Positions 25,220 to 37,760 of a DNA stretch of 64,000 bases are shown one piece after another. The translations under genes and the position numbers were made by a program. This DNA comes from Octopus sinensis (taxonomy: Eukaryota): assembly GCF_006345805.1 (NCBI RefSeq), contig NW_021832590.1:186001-250000 (forward strand), written 5' to 3'. Each line of letters starts with the position of its first letter. The stretch's first letter is position 1. The notes beneath the pieces are model-generated. The model did not search any database and had not been told where the DNA came from. It worked only from the letters and a program-made list of their open reading frames with translations.

Positions 25220-28023
25220 TGTCGCGAGCGCAGCGAGCAACCACTCAATTTCTAGATCCGATCAATCAAAAAATCTATAAATTGACAAATACCCAGGCTT
25301 GTATTTGGGATTAAATATATTCGATAACAAAAATTAAAATCGATGCCAAAGCAGAATGAGCTTTAAAACCGATTTCATAAATAAAAATAATATTTTAAAA
25401 TTATAATTGATTTTTTAGAATAATGAGAAAAAATCTAAATGCTTCATAATTTATAAAAATGTCAAAACAAGAATCTTCTGAAGGAGCAAGCCTGTCTGCA
25501 CAGTTCATTTTTGATTAGAAGACCTATTTTAGAGATAAAACGAAAAAATAGCAATGAGATTTGTCAAATTATTACCCCCCTCACAACCTAAACAAAATTA
25601 GCGTTCAGTATTCATTTTTTTTTTTTTTTTTTAGGAATAGGAAGTTTTATTGGAAACAGAGAAGGGTTAAAGGTTAGGGGGGAGTTTGTATAATGAAACA
25701 ATAGGACTACCCTATCGACTTCTTCCCAGAAAAAAAAAAAAAAAAAAGAGACCCCCTCAAGTAAATTTTTTTTTTTTTTTTTCTTTTCTACCTCTGCAGG
25801 TACGTCCAGTGACAATTGAGTTGGATTTATAACCACTTATAGCTTTTTCGACAGTTTCACCGACCATGGAGGATTACTTTCAAGCACAGGGGGATTGGAT
25901 CTTCAACTTTTTGGTGGTAAGCAAGCTTCAAAGCGAGCCTGCGAGACTTTTCAAATTTAGTTAAGATGGTGTCCTTCTTTTTAGAGAAGTACCATCCCTC
26001 TTTTCCGTATAGTAGTCCCGGTAGGATCACCGTATTGAAACGTAGAGGAAAGTATCAGGCTCCAAATTTAACTTCCTCAGGCAGAACAGAGCATTAGTTG
26101 CTTTCCTTTTACTTAATTTTGCGTTTTCGAGATAGTTTCCCTTTTCATCGATGAACAAGCCAAGATATTTAATTGAGTTTTGTCGAGGTATGTTCTTGAT
26201 CAGGCACGGTTAATTTATTAAATTTCTGCTTTCTGTGATTCTCAGTAATGCGGACTTCTCACGCGCAATAATGAACATATTTTCATCGCACCATTGCTCC
26301 ACTGTATTCATATATGATATAATCCTTTGTTCGGATAAGGCAGGTTTCGATGAAATGTCAAGGATTACAACATCATCGGCGTATATCAAAATTTCCGTCC
26401 GTGTGTTGACAGGAGACGGCAGATTGCTCATCACAATGTTGAATAATAGAGGACTGAGGACTGATCCTTGAGGGACGCCTCTTTTAAGTTTCAGTTCATC
26501 CGAGTCATAGTTCAGAAAGCTTATCACAGAGCGCCTGTCGCGGAGGAAGTCTTTTAGCCATAGGAATAGTCCTTTGTCTATGTGACACTTCGCCAGATGT
26601 CTAAGGGACCGAGGTGCCAAACCATATCAAAGGCTTTTGAGATGTCTAGAGACACAATTGTCAGACACTCTTTGAAATCCAGAGCCTTTACAATCGACGA
26701 ATTGAGTGTATAAAGACAGTCAGCACAGGAACGACCCCTCCGAAAGCCCCACTGCACGTCTTTGAGATAACCATTTCTCTCGACGTGTTCAGAGAGTCGT
26801 TCAAACATTACCCTTTCCATTATTCGACTGATGGTAGGAATTAGGCTTATAGGCCTATAACTTGTCGCCAAGTAACCAGGTTTTCCAGGCTTCCGTATCA
26901 TCCTTACCTCCGTCAGTTCCATGAAGAAGGGACGTATCCCAAGCTCACACTGCGGGAGAAGAGACATCCCAAATATTCGTAAGTTGCTTGGGAGCTTCCT
27001 TGAACATGCGCATGGTTATCTTGTCCTTTCCCGGAGCGTTATTTTTGGAGTATCTAACTGCATTTTCCACGTCTTTGCACGTTATAGATTCCGAGCACAT
27101 TGGTAATGAGCTAAGATTGTCTTCCAACTCTTTTTCCATATCAAACAAAGCTGAATCAGATAGATTTGTATCCGGATTGACTTCTTGTATTCTTTTGAGA
27201 CTATCAGCAAATATGTTCGGGATTTCTTCATGAGATGCAGGGGATCCATCTTGTTTTAGCAGTTTAGGTATAGATTTCTCAGACGTCGAGGTTAATTTCG
27301 AGTAGACCTTCCAAAAATTGGACTTCCTTTATGTAGCTTTTTGCACTCAGTATTCCATTTTTATCCTTCGCCACCTTCGCCGATTTTCTTATTTCTTCCG
27401 TAATGGTAAAGATTTCACTTTCCAAAACGGACCGGTCACGAAAATCTGCGCAGCGCCGGAGTTTGTTCCTTAGACATTGTTTTTTCCTTAGTAGGATTTC
27501 AACATTCATGTTTGGCATGTGAGTTTTCCTATTGTTTGAGACGATTTTTGTAGAATATGTTTCCAGATAAGACTTTATGTATCCAATAAGGGAATTGCTA
27601 GACTTCTCGAGGTCCTCAGATGAAATTTTCGTCAAGTTAGGAGCGAAATTGCTCAGATAAAGTGTAAAACATTTTCGGTAGTGTTCCCAGTTTATAGTCG
27701 AGAGGTTATATCGTATAAAAGTTGGTTTACCCTTTAAAGGTCCAAGGTTGAGTTTGTATAAATTGGTAGATGGTCACTTCCAATATCATTTAAGGTGTAC
27801 GGTTGTTCCATAAATGATTGATTCAGTATTCATTGATTTTACTTTTTCTATTAAGGTCTACTTATAATTATTTTATGGGATTCAATGGAAAACTTAAGTT
27901 ATTTCATTTTAATTTTAAATCATGTTAAAATTTTAAATAATTTAATAAATATATTTGTTGATGACAGGCTTGTTAGCTGTCAAATGTGCGCGTCGCGCTC
28001 GCGTGCTCGCTGCGCTCGCGACA
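25220..28023. mobile_element. Second non-autonomous TGT...ACA element (20-bp perfect TIR, 5-bp TSD), nested in the first
   Basis: TGTCGCGAGCGCAGCGAGCA at 25220 and TGCTCGCTGCGCTCGCGACA ending at 28023. AATTA on both sides. Confidence 0.88.
25615..27821 (-). mobile_element. 5'-truncated I/Jockey-like LINE with poly(A) tail and 11-bp TSD
   Basis: RT motifs YRPISL, QWGFRRGRS, LDISKAFDMVWH, GVPQGSVLSPLL and IYADD. AATAAA lies 13 nt before an A18 tail (T-run 25615-25632). TSD TTCAGTATTCA at 25604-25614 and 27822-27832. Confidence 0.9.
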
Positions 28024-28739
28024 AATTATTCTCAGAAATAATTCGGAGGTAACGAGTGGGGCATAGTAATCCCTGAGGCATGTGACATAATATTATCTTT
28101 AATAAAAAAATATAAAAAGGATATGATTATAATACGCTTGCGTTATGGTGGTTTCTTTTTTGATGTATATTAAAGAATAAAATATGCTTTTTTGTCAGTT
28201 TGTTTGTTAATCTTTTGATTCATTTTTAAATAGTCATCTTTTATGTTTGTAAATTCGTTAATAATCGAAAAAGTCTATTCAGTGCGATTTTTGCCATTCT
28301 TTCTTTAATATTTCGTGTATCAAGCTATCAAATGAACAACTTTCCCGCTTTATTCGTTGGATGTTGTTCCTTTTCTCTTTCTTATATCAACGATGGTCTC
28401 TCCTTCCGCTTGGACAATACTTCAGATCTATTTTTGTTGCATTCTGAATTTATCCTTAAATTGATTTATGATTATCCTGCTTCTTGCTACATTCCTATCC
28501 GAATCCTAAAATTTCGGTGGCACTGAATTTATCTTTTGTAATCGCATCCGTCATTTACGATTCTTCCATTTTTAATTGGAATTGTTTGTTCATTTTTCCA
28601 ACTTTCACGGTGGCTTCTCCCGTTCGCTGCCCTGGTTCTACCGGTTCTCTGTTTCCATACGAAAAGAAGCACGATGGTCGTAAATCTCTCGTATCTTGAC
28701 GATTGTACCTCTTTTAAGAGACCTAGCTACTCTAATTTC

Positions 28740-29230
28740 GGCTTTATCCAACGTTGGTCTCGTTCCAGTAAATCGGAGATTGTCAATCTCTTTGTCCAGC
28801 CATCCCTATTTAAGGACTCTTTTTCTTGTTTCTGTGGATTTGCTTCTCAGTTGAGACAGATACCTCTGTCTGATCTGGAAATTTTAGGATTACCGATTCT
28901 CGCCGACTTAGCTAAACGAATCCTCCTTGCTAGAATTTTAATTCTTAAAATTATTTATATGCCTAAGAGCTCGCCCTGTTTTTATGTTGCGCACGTTCTT
29001 TTGCTGAGAAAATTCTTAATGTACATTTTGATGATATTGGATGGTGTGAAGATAAACTTCCTGTGAGTCACAGAGGTCTTGGTCTGCGTTCCGGTTTTGA
29101 TTCGGTTCTTCTACTTTCTTTCTTCGGCTTCTGGATCGTGTCTCCTGGTCCAGAAGATTCTGGAATAAACTATTGAATATTCTTTAGACTCACACGAACG
29201 TAGAACTCGCCCGACTTTGTGATGGAAAAG
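28740..29230 (+). mobile_element. Degenerate CRE-like LINE fragment
   Basis: SKSEIVN, LSDLEILGLPI and GLGLRSGFD resemble the other CRE copies. Confidence 0.5.
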
Positions 29231-29241
29231 CAATATCTGCT

Positions 29242-30114
29242 TTGACACTCTCACATTCTATATTTACATACGTTTACTCTTCTTATACAGCCCCAGACCA
29301 TAACTTTCCCCCCACCAAATTTTACAGTAGGCGAAAGGTTGCTTTTTTGAAGGCCTGTATTGTTTTTCCGATAACAATATTGCCGTTTTTTAATATTAAA
29401 AACTTCGAAACTGCATTCGTCACTGAAAATTGTCCTCATCCATTCAGTGTTTGGCACAGTAATGAAATGCTTTGCCATGTTATAGCGTTTTTTACTATTT
29501 ATTTTGTTCAATAATGGTTTTTTTCTACATACACGAGCATATATTTGCTCCCTTCTTAAATAATTTGCGATGGATCTCTTTTACCGACTGTTTTTCCGGT
29601 TATTCTACGGAGATCATTCCTTAAGCAATCAGCTTTTTTTGGGGGTCCTCTTTAACCAGGTTGAGTAAAATAAGGATATCGTCCTTATTAAGAATTTTTG
29701 GTCTCCCCGAACCTTTCATTCTTTCAGTCGTACCATATTTAATGAATTTTCGGATGAAGTCAGCGATAGTTGATCGCGGGATATTAAGCTCGTCAGATAT
29801 TTTTTTAGTGGTCCAATTTAACGCATTCAAGCTTAGAATCTTTCCTTTTGTTATTACATCAAGCATTCGTAATTTTATCGAGGGTTAAAATTCTAAAAAA
29901 AGTAAAAAATGTCACATTCACCAGAATAAACGGTTTTTTATTGCGCTCGTGTAATTAAAATTTTTAATTTAGACATATAACACAATACAAAAAAATATAA
30001 CAAAATTGATTTAGGGTTAATTTAATGATCCCTTTCGATATCGACAAAGAAAAATCACGGTTATCTTTGCAAAATATGCCGTATTTAAAAAAACGGTTTT
30101 TTTTGCACCTAGTG
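29242..30114 (-). mobile_element. Tc1-family transposon, 5' half (IR/DR-type end), 3'-truncated
   Basis: Paired-like HTH ...IPRSTIADFIRKF...GSGRPK, then ARVCRKKPLL, IFSDECSF and VKFGGGKVMVWGCI. Terminus CACTAGGTGCAAAA sits next to TA at 30115-30116. Confidence 0.88.
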
Positions 30115-30117
30115 TAC

Positions 30118-30640
30118 GTTTGTTTGATCACATTAAGTGCGCCCAGAAGTCATTCTTCAAACGAGTTTACAAACAATACATACGCACTGTATTAAGTTAT
30201 GCGAGTCCAAGCTGGGCGCCCTGCCTATCCATAAACTCGACAATGGGACTTCAATCAGTACAAAACAAGGCTATGCGCACAATATCTGGGTGTCTGAAAT
30301 CAACCTCAATTGATAACCTCCATAGTGAAACAGACATTTTGCCAATTGATGATCATCTAAATATGAAAGGAGCGCAATTTTTATTTGCATCTTGAATTCC
30401 CTATCATCCTTGCTCTGCCCTAAATGTGCTAAACGGAAATTCTCGTTCGGTGAAGAACACGCCGGTGAATCTATATTCCCGGATCCTTGCTAATGGTGTG
30501 CACCAATGTCTATATCCAATGAAGAAAATTCATGATTTGATATCTACGTCAGCTATTCTTCAGCTGACGCCTAACTCTGTACTCAATAAACCCGTTAAGC
30601 GACAACTCGTCTACGAATAAAAATATTTTAAGGGTAAATA
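30118..30640 (+). mobile_element. I-clade LINE 3' fragment
   Basis: YKQYIRTVLSYASPSW...LQSVQNKAMRTISG...LHSETDILPI. Confidence 0.7.
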
Positions 30641-30649
30641 AAATAAAAT

Positions 30650-31590
30650 TTTAAAACAATTACTTTTTATTCTGAACTTTTAAAGCAAATCAAACCATCA
30701 ATTAGCTTAAAATAGCAATCTACTTCAAATTCATGAAAATTTTAACATGCTATTCTCAGTTCAAGTTCCTTTTTGAAGTCTGTCGCAGACACTTCAAGAT
30801 ACCTTCCTGACTTAATTTGTGTCATTATCACAAAAAGTCTTTGTTCTTCCCTGGCCAAAACATTGACAAAAGCTGCCAAATTTGGGTGTGCTCTGTTTAA
30901 AGAACTGTTCAACAGCTAATGCCAACCTTTTAATGAATTAGTTGTCCTGGGCATTGACTTTAATACCTGATGAAAACAACTCCAAAAACAAGATGGGTCA
31001 GCAATAAAATTTTTTTTTAAATAAATCAAAAAATTCATTATTTTTTGGTTGTTTTCTTTTCCTGTAGCATCAAGAGAAAATTTTCAAATTCCAATAAAAC
31101 ATTTTCCACAGGGATGAAAGCTAAATGGTAGCACTGACGTCATAAGATGGGTCAGCAATAAAAATTTTTTTTAAATAAATCAAAAAATTCATTATTTTTT
31201 TGTTGTTTTCTTTTCCTGTCGCATCAAGAGAAAATTTTTCAAATTCCAATAAAACATTTTCCACAGGGATGAAAGCTAAATAATAGCATTTCCTCAATAA
31301 TTTTTGTTCCCACGATGAAACGTCTTTGTAGGCTCACACAAGACCAAGACATTGTATTTTTCGTCATATGATTTGCCCGAAATGGAAATTACAGCCAATT
31401 ACATTAGACGACGAAAAAATTAGACGGCATCTTTCTGGTCAGATGCTTTTTATCTCATGATCCTCAAACGGGCCATGATTATGAGCATTTTTTGTACTCA
31501 ACTTGTTTTGAGCATCCACCGTGCACCTCGCCATGCATTCTCGACTTTTGCACCTCCAATAGGTAAGACCGTCTTTTTTTCTATCTGTAT
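30650..31590 (-). mobile_element. Mutator (MULE) transposase relic, internally deleted, with an internal 137-bp tandem duplication
   Basis: YWRCKSRECMARC...HNH zinc finger, GCNFHFGQIIW, LAFIPVENV and CPRTTNSLKGWH. Duplicate copies at 30990-31126 and 31144-31281. Confidence 0.75.
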
Positions 31591-31759
31591 TATTTTATTA
31601 AAATTTTAATTATTTAGATTTAATCTGGTAAAAATAAAATTTTTTAAGTAGGCGAGTTGTCGCCAAATAAATTTAGGCGAGTTAGGCGACAACTCTACTA
31701 TAGGCGAGTTTTTGCATAGCCGTTTCTGCAAGCTGCTGGTCTTATAACTTAATGTGAGA

Positions 31760-32880
31760 TCGGGGTTACGCAACAACAGCAATAACTCTTCTTATGCCAT
31801 ATACAAGTGGGATAGTAAAAGTGGGCTAATCGATGAACTGATTTGTAGTGAAACTGCTCTCTCCGAGTGCAGAAAACTGATCCGCTAATTATTCGATCAA
31901 TTTGAGTCCACTCCTTTAGCAATTTTATTGAACAGAGAAACTAGTTTGGGGGCCTCGGGGATGCTAGACCCACATAAGAATCGAATCGTGTAGGACTAAG
32001 TGGCAAATCAGGAGCCCATATAGACAACCCCATACTTCGCGTATACACATCACTACTTCGTTGTGTCTTTAAGTTCGGCCAATGCACTATTGAAACAAAA
32101 TCATTTTGAACTCCTTTCTCATGTCACTTCTTAGTGGGATTGGGACAAAATTGTTTGCCGCCGATCTTCAGCTTACTTGGAATTGGTCCTCAACTAACAT
32201 AGATTGGCCTGTTTTCGTAACGCCATCCTCCATATTCAAGCTTCTTGCTTAATCTTTTTCCTTTTCCGCTTTTAAATACTGTCATCGATAAAGATTCCCT
32301 CTGTTTGGGTATCTATAAACTCCTCGAATTTCCTACTTGCGGATCTCACCTTTGTCGCTGTGGTCCTAAAGTTGACGGCTTTAGGCTCTATCCCTTCGCT
32401 TGTAGAATGAGTGCCGGGCGATTTTTTGGAACCTGAAAAGGGCTGGTTTCCCTTCAGTTCTGGAACCGCCTTGACTTTGAAGATGCAAAACTTCCCGATT
32501 GCAGTACACTATTTGATTTTGAATCCGGGAAACAGCTTTTTTGGGACGTCATATGTGCTGAATTTTTTACTATTGGAGTTTTGAATTATACTGCTTTTCG
32601 ACCCGGTTCGTCCGCTGAGAAGGCCGAATCTATGAAACTGTCGAAGTTTGGTCATTTATGCTAACGCTTTTGGTTTTGGGCAACTACCGTAGAGATGTAC
32701 TGTATTTTCGGCGCCAAGACTCTTGATTATCTTAAAAGCTTGGCCGTTTTGGCACTTTTTTTTCTAGAGATTGTAGGGAATTTAAATTTCTTATTCAGAT
32801 GATCTCGTTGGCTGTTTTACGCAGGAATTGTCTTTCAATTATCCGAGCCAGTTCTGTTTACCGTTTCTTATTTATGACTA
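31760..32880 (+). mobile_element. Degenerate CRE-like LINE 3' portion
   Basis: SLGGLG, CGSHLCRCG, LFWDVIC and ISLAVLRRNCLSI match the 10268-11560 copy. Confidence 0.65.
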
Positions 32881-33649
32881 AATAATTATTAATTACCATA
32901 AAAAATTATTACTCATTGCGGAAAGGTTTTAGCGAGGCTTTTTTGCATAGAATACAACAAATAAAAGATTATCTCAATTCTGATCGCGTTCCTTCATCTT
33001 TTAAAGATGTTGATTAGAAAAAAGATATAGATTTGAAAAATTTCTTTTTATATGTTCATAAGTCAGAAATACCGTCAGGACATAGCCAAAAATCGAAATG
33101 ATTGGATTGGAAGATCAAAAAGAAATTATTAATGCGCTTAAAATTGCTTATGATAACATTTTTTGTGGCGGGGAACAAAATGATCAAAAGACGAAAATGG
33201 AAATACGACAAAGATTGCTAATTGCGCTCAGATTGTGTGATTATAAGAACTACCTAAGATGCATGTCGACCAAAGCTGCCTCTATATCAGAAGTTTCCAA
33301 GCTTTTCTTTACACGTCTCCTTAGAAAAATGTACAATCTTGCGCCTCCCTTTTTATTCCGTAATATAATACAATTATTAATTTTACAATTTATTAATAAG
33401 TTAAAATCCAAATCAAGATATAAATTAATTAAACTTCTAGTCGCTCTATCATCTATTTGCAAAGTGATTCAGATAGGCAAGCCCTCCTTTTTCCCTTCGA
33501 GGTACTGACAGGCAGGGGCGATGTTAAAGACATACTAATTTGGTGATAAATCTCGTTTATTCGCTTGTCAAGTTCAAACGTTCTTTTCCATGGTTCAACC
33601 CTGTTTCTAAAAGAAACAATCATGCTCTCAAGAGTCTCAATTATTAATT

Positions 33650-34260
33650 TATCAAAAACAATTTTTTTAAACAAAAAGTTAGTAAGATAATTTTTTTCTA
33701 TCTTTTCGCAAAGTTTTTGAAATCTTTGTGTCATTGAAGAGATTGCTACTCTTAGCTCATTAGTCACTACTAAACGAGTTCGATATTTAGATTTCATTGC
33801 AGCTAGTGCAGAAAATCCAGCTTCACATAAATATGAGATAGAAAATGGCAATAAAACTTTCATTGCTTTATTCGACAAAATTTCATATTCCGTACTTACA
33901 TTCGATGCTAGTAAAGCATTTGAAGAGACAGAAACAAGTTTTTTTAACGATTTCGTTTGGTTATCAAACTCTTTTAATTTTCTTTTAAAAAATTATTCGG
34001 ACTTATGGACATATTTAGAATGTATCGTTTCAAAATGTCTTCTTAATTTGCATGGCCTCATACTATCTGCTGCAAGTGTTTTGAGGCAAAGCAAGCAGAG
34101 GAGTTTTTCCAAGGAATCAACAATGATACGTGTGAATCCTAACAATAAGTAACATGGACAGTATTTTCTTGTCTTTGGAGTGGTATTGATTGTATTCCAA
34201 TCATTTTGACTATTTAACCTTTGTCAATTTTAACAGCCTGGTTTCTGACATTTGAATATT
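33650..34260 (-). mobile_element. hAT Buster (ZBED5/SCAND3-like) internally deleted relic
   Basis: LCLLCLKTLAADSMRPCKLRRHFETIH is joined to EYEILSNKAMKVLLPFSISYLCEAGFSAL..MKSKYRTRL. Confidence 0.8.
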
Positions 34261-34479
34261 TCTGAGTATAAGGGTTTCGACAGAAATATTTTCGAATACA
34301 ATCAAATTAAGGAAACGTTAATCGGAATATTCTTAGAAGATATAAATATTCAGCGTCGACGCCGGTTGGCTGAAAAAGTTTTTCATTTTGGGCAAAAAAT
34401 AATAGTCATTAATCTTTCTTAATCTAAAGACTTTATTTGAGAGGGAAAATTGAAAAACTAATTTCTTTGGACTGTTAGG

Positions 34480-34800
34480 CAGAGATGCCCGTTCTTTACA
34501 TTTAATGTTTCATGGAGACATCAACAAAATTGAATTATCGTTAAAAGTGATTTATAAAAAAAACATTTCAGAGTGCGATGTATGTAAGTTTTCTCTTCCA
34601 CTTAAACCGTGGATGAAACTAATCATGTTTTCGCTTCTGCTCAGAATGATCGGTTTCAAATTGACCTTATTGAGCTGAAAAGGTTTGAAAACGTTAACGG
34701 AAGATAAAAATGGATTCTATCCATGATTGGCGTCTATAGCCGTTTTTATGAATATAATTATCTTAGTTTTGATTTTGCTAGGCCACAAATAAATAATTTA
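34480..34800 (+). mobile_element. Second decayed Ginger/KRBA2-like integrase fragment
   Basis: H-GDINK...ISECDVCK...ASAQNDRFQIDLIEL...KWILSMI, frameshifted. Confidence 0.55.
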
Positions 34801-35051
34801 GGCGTCGAGGTTTCAAAAAATTTTGATTCCCCTTTTAAATCCGTGCTTCGGAAAACATCGGAGACTTCAACCAGGAGAACAAATATGGATTTTCTATGCG
34901 TTCCAAAGGAAAGAAACCTATTTGCGAAATATTCTGAATTTTAAGATAATGGAGGATAGTGTAAAAATTTTGAAAATGTTTAATTATTTTAATTGAAAAT
35001 AATATGACTAAAACCACTCAAAATTCAATAAAAATAATGGTCTAATTATTA

Positions 35052-36440
35052 ATGGGTCAAATTTCATCAGTCACAATTCTTTTATTATTCATTTTGACTA
35101 AAGGAATAGCTGAATTATCGCCTGTGTTTCTCAGTTTGACCATATTGTCCTTAAAATTTAAAGTTCCTGGAGATGGAGGCTCAAAGTTGTACGCAAAATT
35201 TAATAAATCGAGTCATAACAAACTCTGCTTTCAAAGAAGTGATCATTATTTTCTAGTTTGGGCACCATTACGAATTTTCATGCCAGTTATAAAACGATGC
35301 TATTTCTACATTTCCAGGTGAGTTCACTTTTTTTAAACAAAAGACTCCGGTGGTCAGATTCCAAAAAAACACCGATGAACCAAACCGGCGTGGTTGTAAA
35401 GACCGGTGAATTTGGAGACCCTAGTTCAGTCGAGTATCTCGGGGGCGCCCACGTGCGTATACTATTTTCGTTTTAACTTTCACAGTAAAGAATACAACTG
35501 GAAATTTTGCTCAGCTCATTTCCTTTTTAACTTCCACCAAGTCCAGTTTGTCTTACAAAAGAAAATTAAATCTTATGGGGATTCCTTACGACTTTCGAGT
35601 CGGAATAAGTAACTGGTAATTTTAACCAGCAGATAATCTCGAAAATACGTTTATTCAGTTTAAAAATCAAATAGAAACCACATATCAGAGATCTAATAAC
35701 GTATCTGTTACCCTTTTGGCTCACAGCTATGGATGCATAATTACTGCACGATTTTTAACAATGCAAACTCGCGAGTGGCGAGAAAAGTATATTCGGAGAT
35801 TTATCAGCATTTCTGGCCCATACAACGGCTCCACTGAAAGTATCCGGGGATTTTTAATCGGTATCACTTGTTGAGTTAACGATTGATAGGAGTTTCTTGG
35901 GACTTTCATTTTCCATGTGATTATGCACTTCGAGATGCTCTCCGAACATTCCCAAGCACATATGAACTTTTTCCTGATTCAGACAGTGTTGTCCAAGTAG
36001 GGGGCAAGACCTACTCATTAGACGATTATGAAATTCTTATACAAGTATTATCGACTTGCTGAATGGCCAGAAACTAAAAAATGTGGACAAATCTGCAATG
36101 CTCGATATGCTAAATATATATAAAAATGTTACTTCAAATACAAAAGTGCCTCGAGACGTAGAAATTCACTGCATTTATAGCAAAGGAATACCAACAGTCA
36201 ATCGACTTGTGTATATAGCTCAGTAATTTTTTTAGGTATTCATCCTGGAAGACCTATCCCAATTTTCCTTCTATAAAGTATACCGATGGAGATGGGGTTG
36301 TCAGATTGGCTAGTCTACAAGAATGTAAAAAAAGACACCCTTGGGCCACAAATTACGAGATTGGAATAATGAATCATATGAGTGTATTGAACAGTCAATC
36401 AACTTTCGATTACATCAAAAAAGTCCTACTAATACCATAA
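35052..36440 (+). CDS. PLA2G15: Group XV phospholipase A2 / LCAT-family lipase with a signal peptide; several micro-introns
   Basis: VPGDGGSKLYAK, GIPYDFR, LLAHSYG (nucleophile Ser), DGDGVV (Asp) and NHMSVL (His), after a hydrophobic N-terminus. Confidence 0.87.
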
Positions 36441-37289
36441 TCTAAAACTGTATTACTAACAATTCTCTAAATTGACTCACACCTCTAAAACCAACAACTA
36501 TAAAAATGAGAAATAATGATTAAGAGTAGTATAATATCATAAACTGTAAATATAAGCCAAGTTTTATTATTTGATTATTTCTAATGATTTCGCTAAAATT
36601 CTTATGCTTGATTGTTTTGTAACTGAACACTTAGACCGGAATCCAGGAAACTGGCACAGAACCTATAAAAAGAACGATCATGAAGGATTTCCAGCTTTGT
36701 TTTACCGGTGAAAGTTAAAGTCCCTCTCATTTGGAAACGAACTCAAAATTAAACGCAGTGAAAGCAATTATCTGCTCCATTAATGTTGAAGAATGGGCGT
36801 TACAATCCGCAAAGCTATTTACTCAATGTTAGGGTGTGTCTCTAGTGGTGGTTAGAAAGTCATACTAGGGGGTTTCAATTTCGAGATACAATCTATTTGT
36901 CCGAATATAGAAAGTTTGAATATTCCTTTAAAAGGCAACTATCATTTGCTAATTTGAATGAGTTTAACAAAACGAGTGCTTTCTCCTCAAGTGAGTGTGA
37001 TGCAGAACTGTTTTCTTGCTGCACCGTTTCAAATGGGTACGAAAAATTGATACATAAATTACTGATTTTTAAATTTTTATAAAGAAAACTAAATATTTTT
37101 TAGTTACTCCGCTGGCGAAGCCCGCATAAGGGCATTTTAAGGCGAATCAGTTGAGTTTTTTAAGTTTAATATAGAAAAAATATGCGTATTTGTCTCAAAT
37201 ATGCGTCATTGCCTCTCGATTCGCAGCGCATCGTCGTCGGACTGACCCTCAAGTCTGAGACACTTTTAAATTTATCTTGCTATTAATTC

Positions 37290-37760
37290 CAGACCAGCAT
37301 GAACAGGCCCATTTAGATCATTTAGTGATCTAAGCATTCTCTTAACCCAATTTTGACAATCTTCTTTTTTGTAGCTTGCTCTTTGTTTCTCCCAATATTT
37401 GTGAAATGGTACCAATAATATGAATGTTCTTCCCTTTACTTGTAGGATATTTTAAAATGCAGCGCGACCCTTTTGGGGCACGACCTTAGGTTCACATATG
37501 TTTCATCAATGTAAATTATGTGCTTTGCTTGACCAATTTTTTCATTTAATTTTTCAACATAAACACGACGTTTATGTTTATTGTTTTCGGAATTTGCAGC
37601 CACGGTTTCTGGAATTATTTTTTTAATCGTAAATAGTTGTTCATTCAAATGACGATGTACTGTAGTGGTTGATATCTTCATATTTGTTTGACGAAAAAAT
37701 TTATTCACAATTTCGTTTAAAGTTATTGAAGGGTTTTCTTTGACTATAAAAACATCTTCC
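37290..37760 (-). mobile_element. IS630-Tc1-mariner transposase relic
   Basis: NPSITL...ISTTTVHRHL..QLFTIKK...IIYIDETYVNL. Confidence 0.7.

Larger units (their letters stand above)
24029..28087. mobile_element. Non-autonomous TGT...ACA element with about 40-bp imperfect TIRs and a 5-bp TSD (Ginger-like); outer member of a nest
   Basis: Left end TGTCACATGCCCTGTTCGTTACCATGCCCCGCTCGTTACC; right end (rc) TGTCACATGCCTCAGGGATTACTATGCCCCACTCGTTACC. TAATA on both sides (24024-24028 and 28088-28092). Confidence 0.85.

Noticed and set aside
25612-25836. Lys/Phe-run ORF
   Set aside because: It is an artefact of homopolymer tracts in the LINE 3' end.
33098-33508. 136-aa + strand ORF as a host gene
   Set aside because: No family recognised; the opposite strand shows a decayed LINE-like PRREKGGL motif, so it is probably a shadow ORF.
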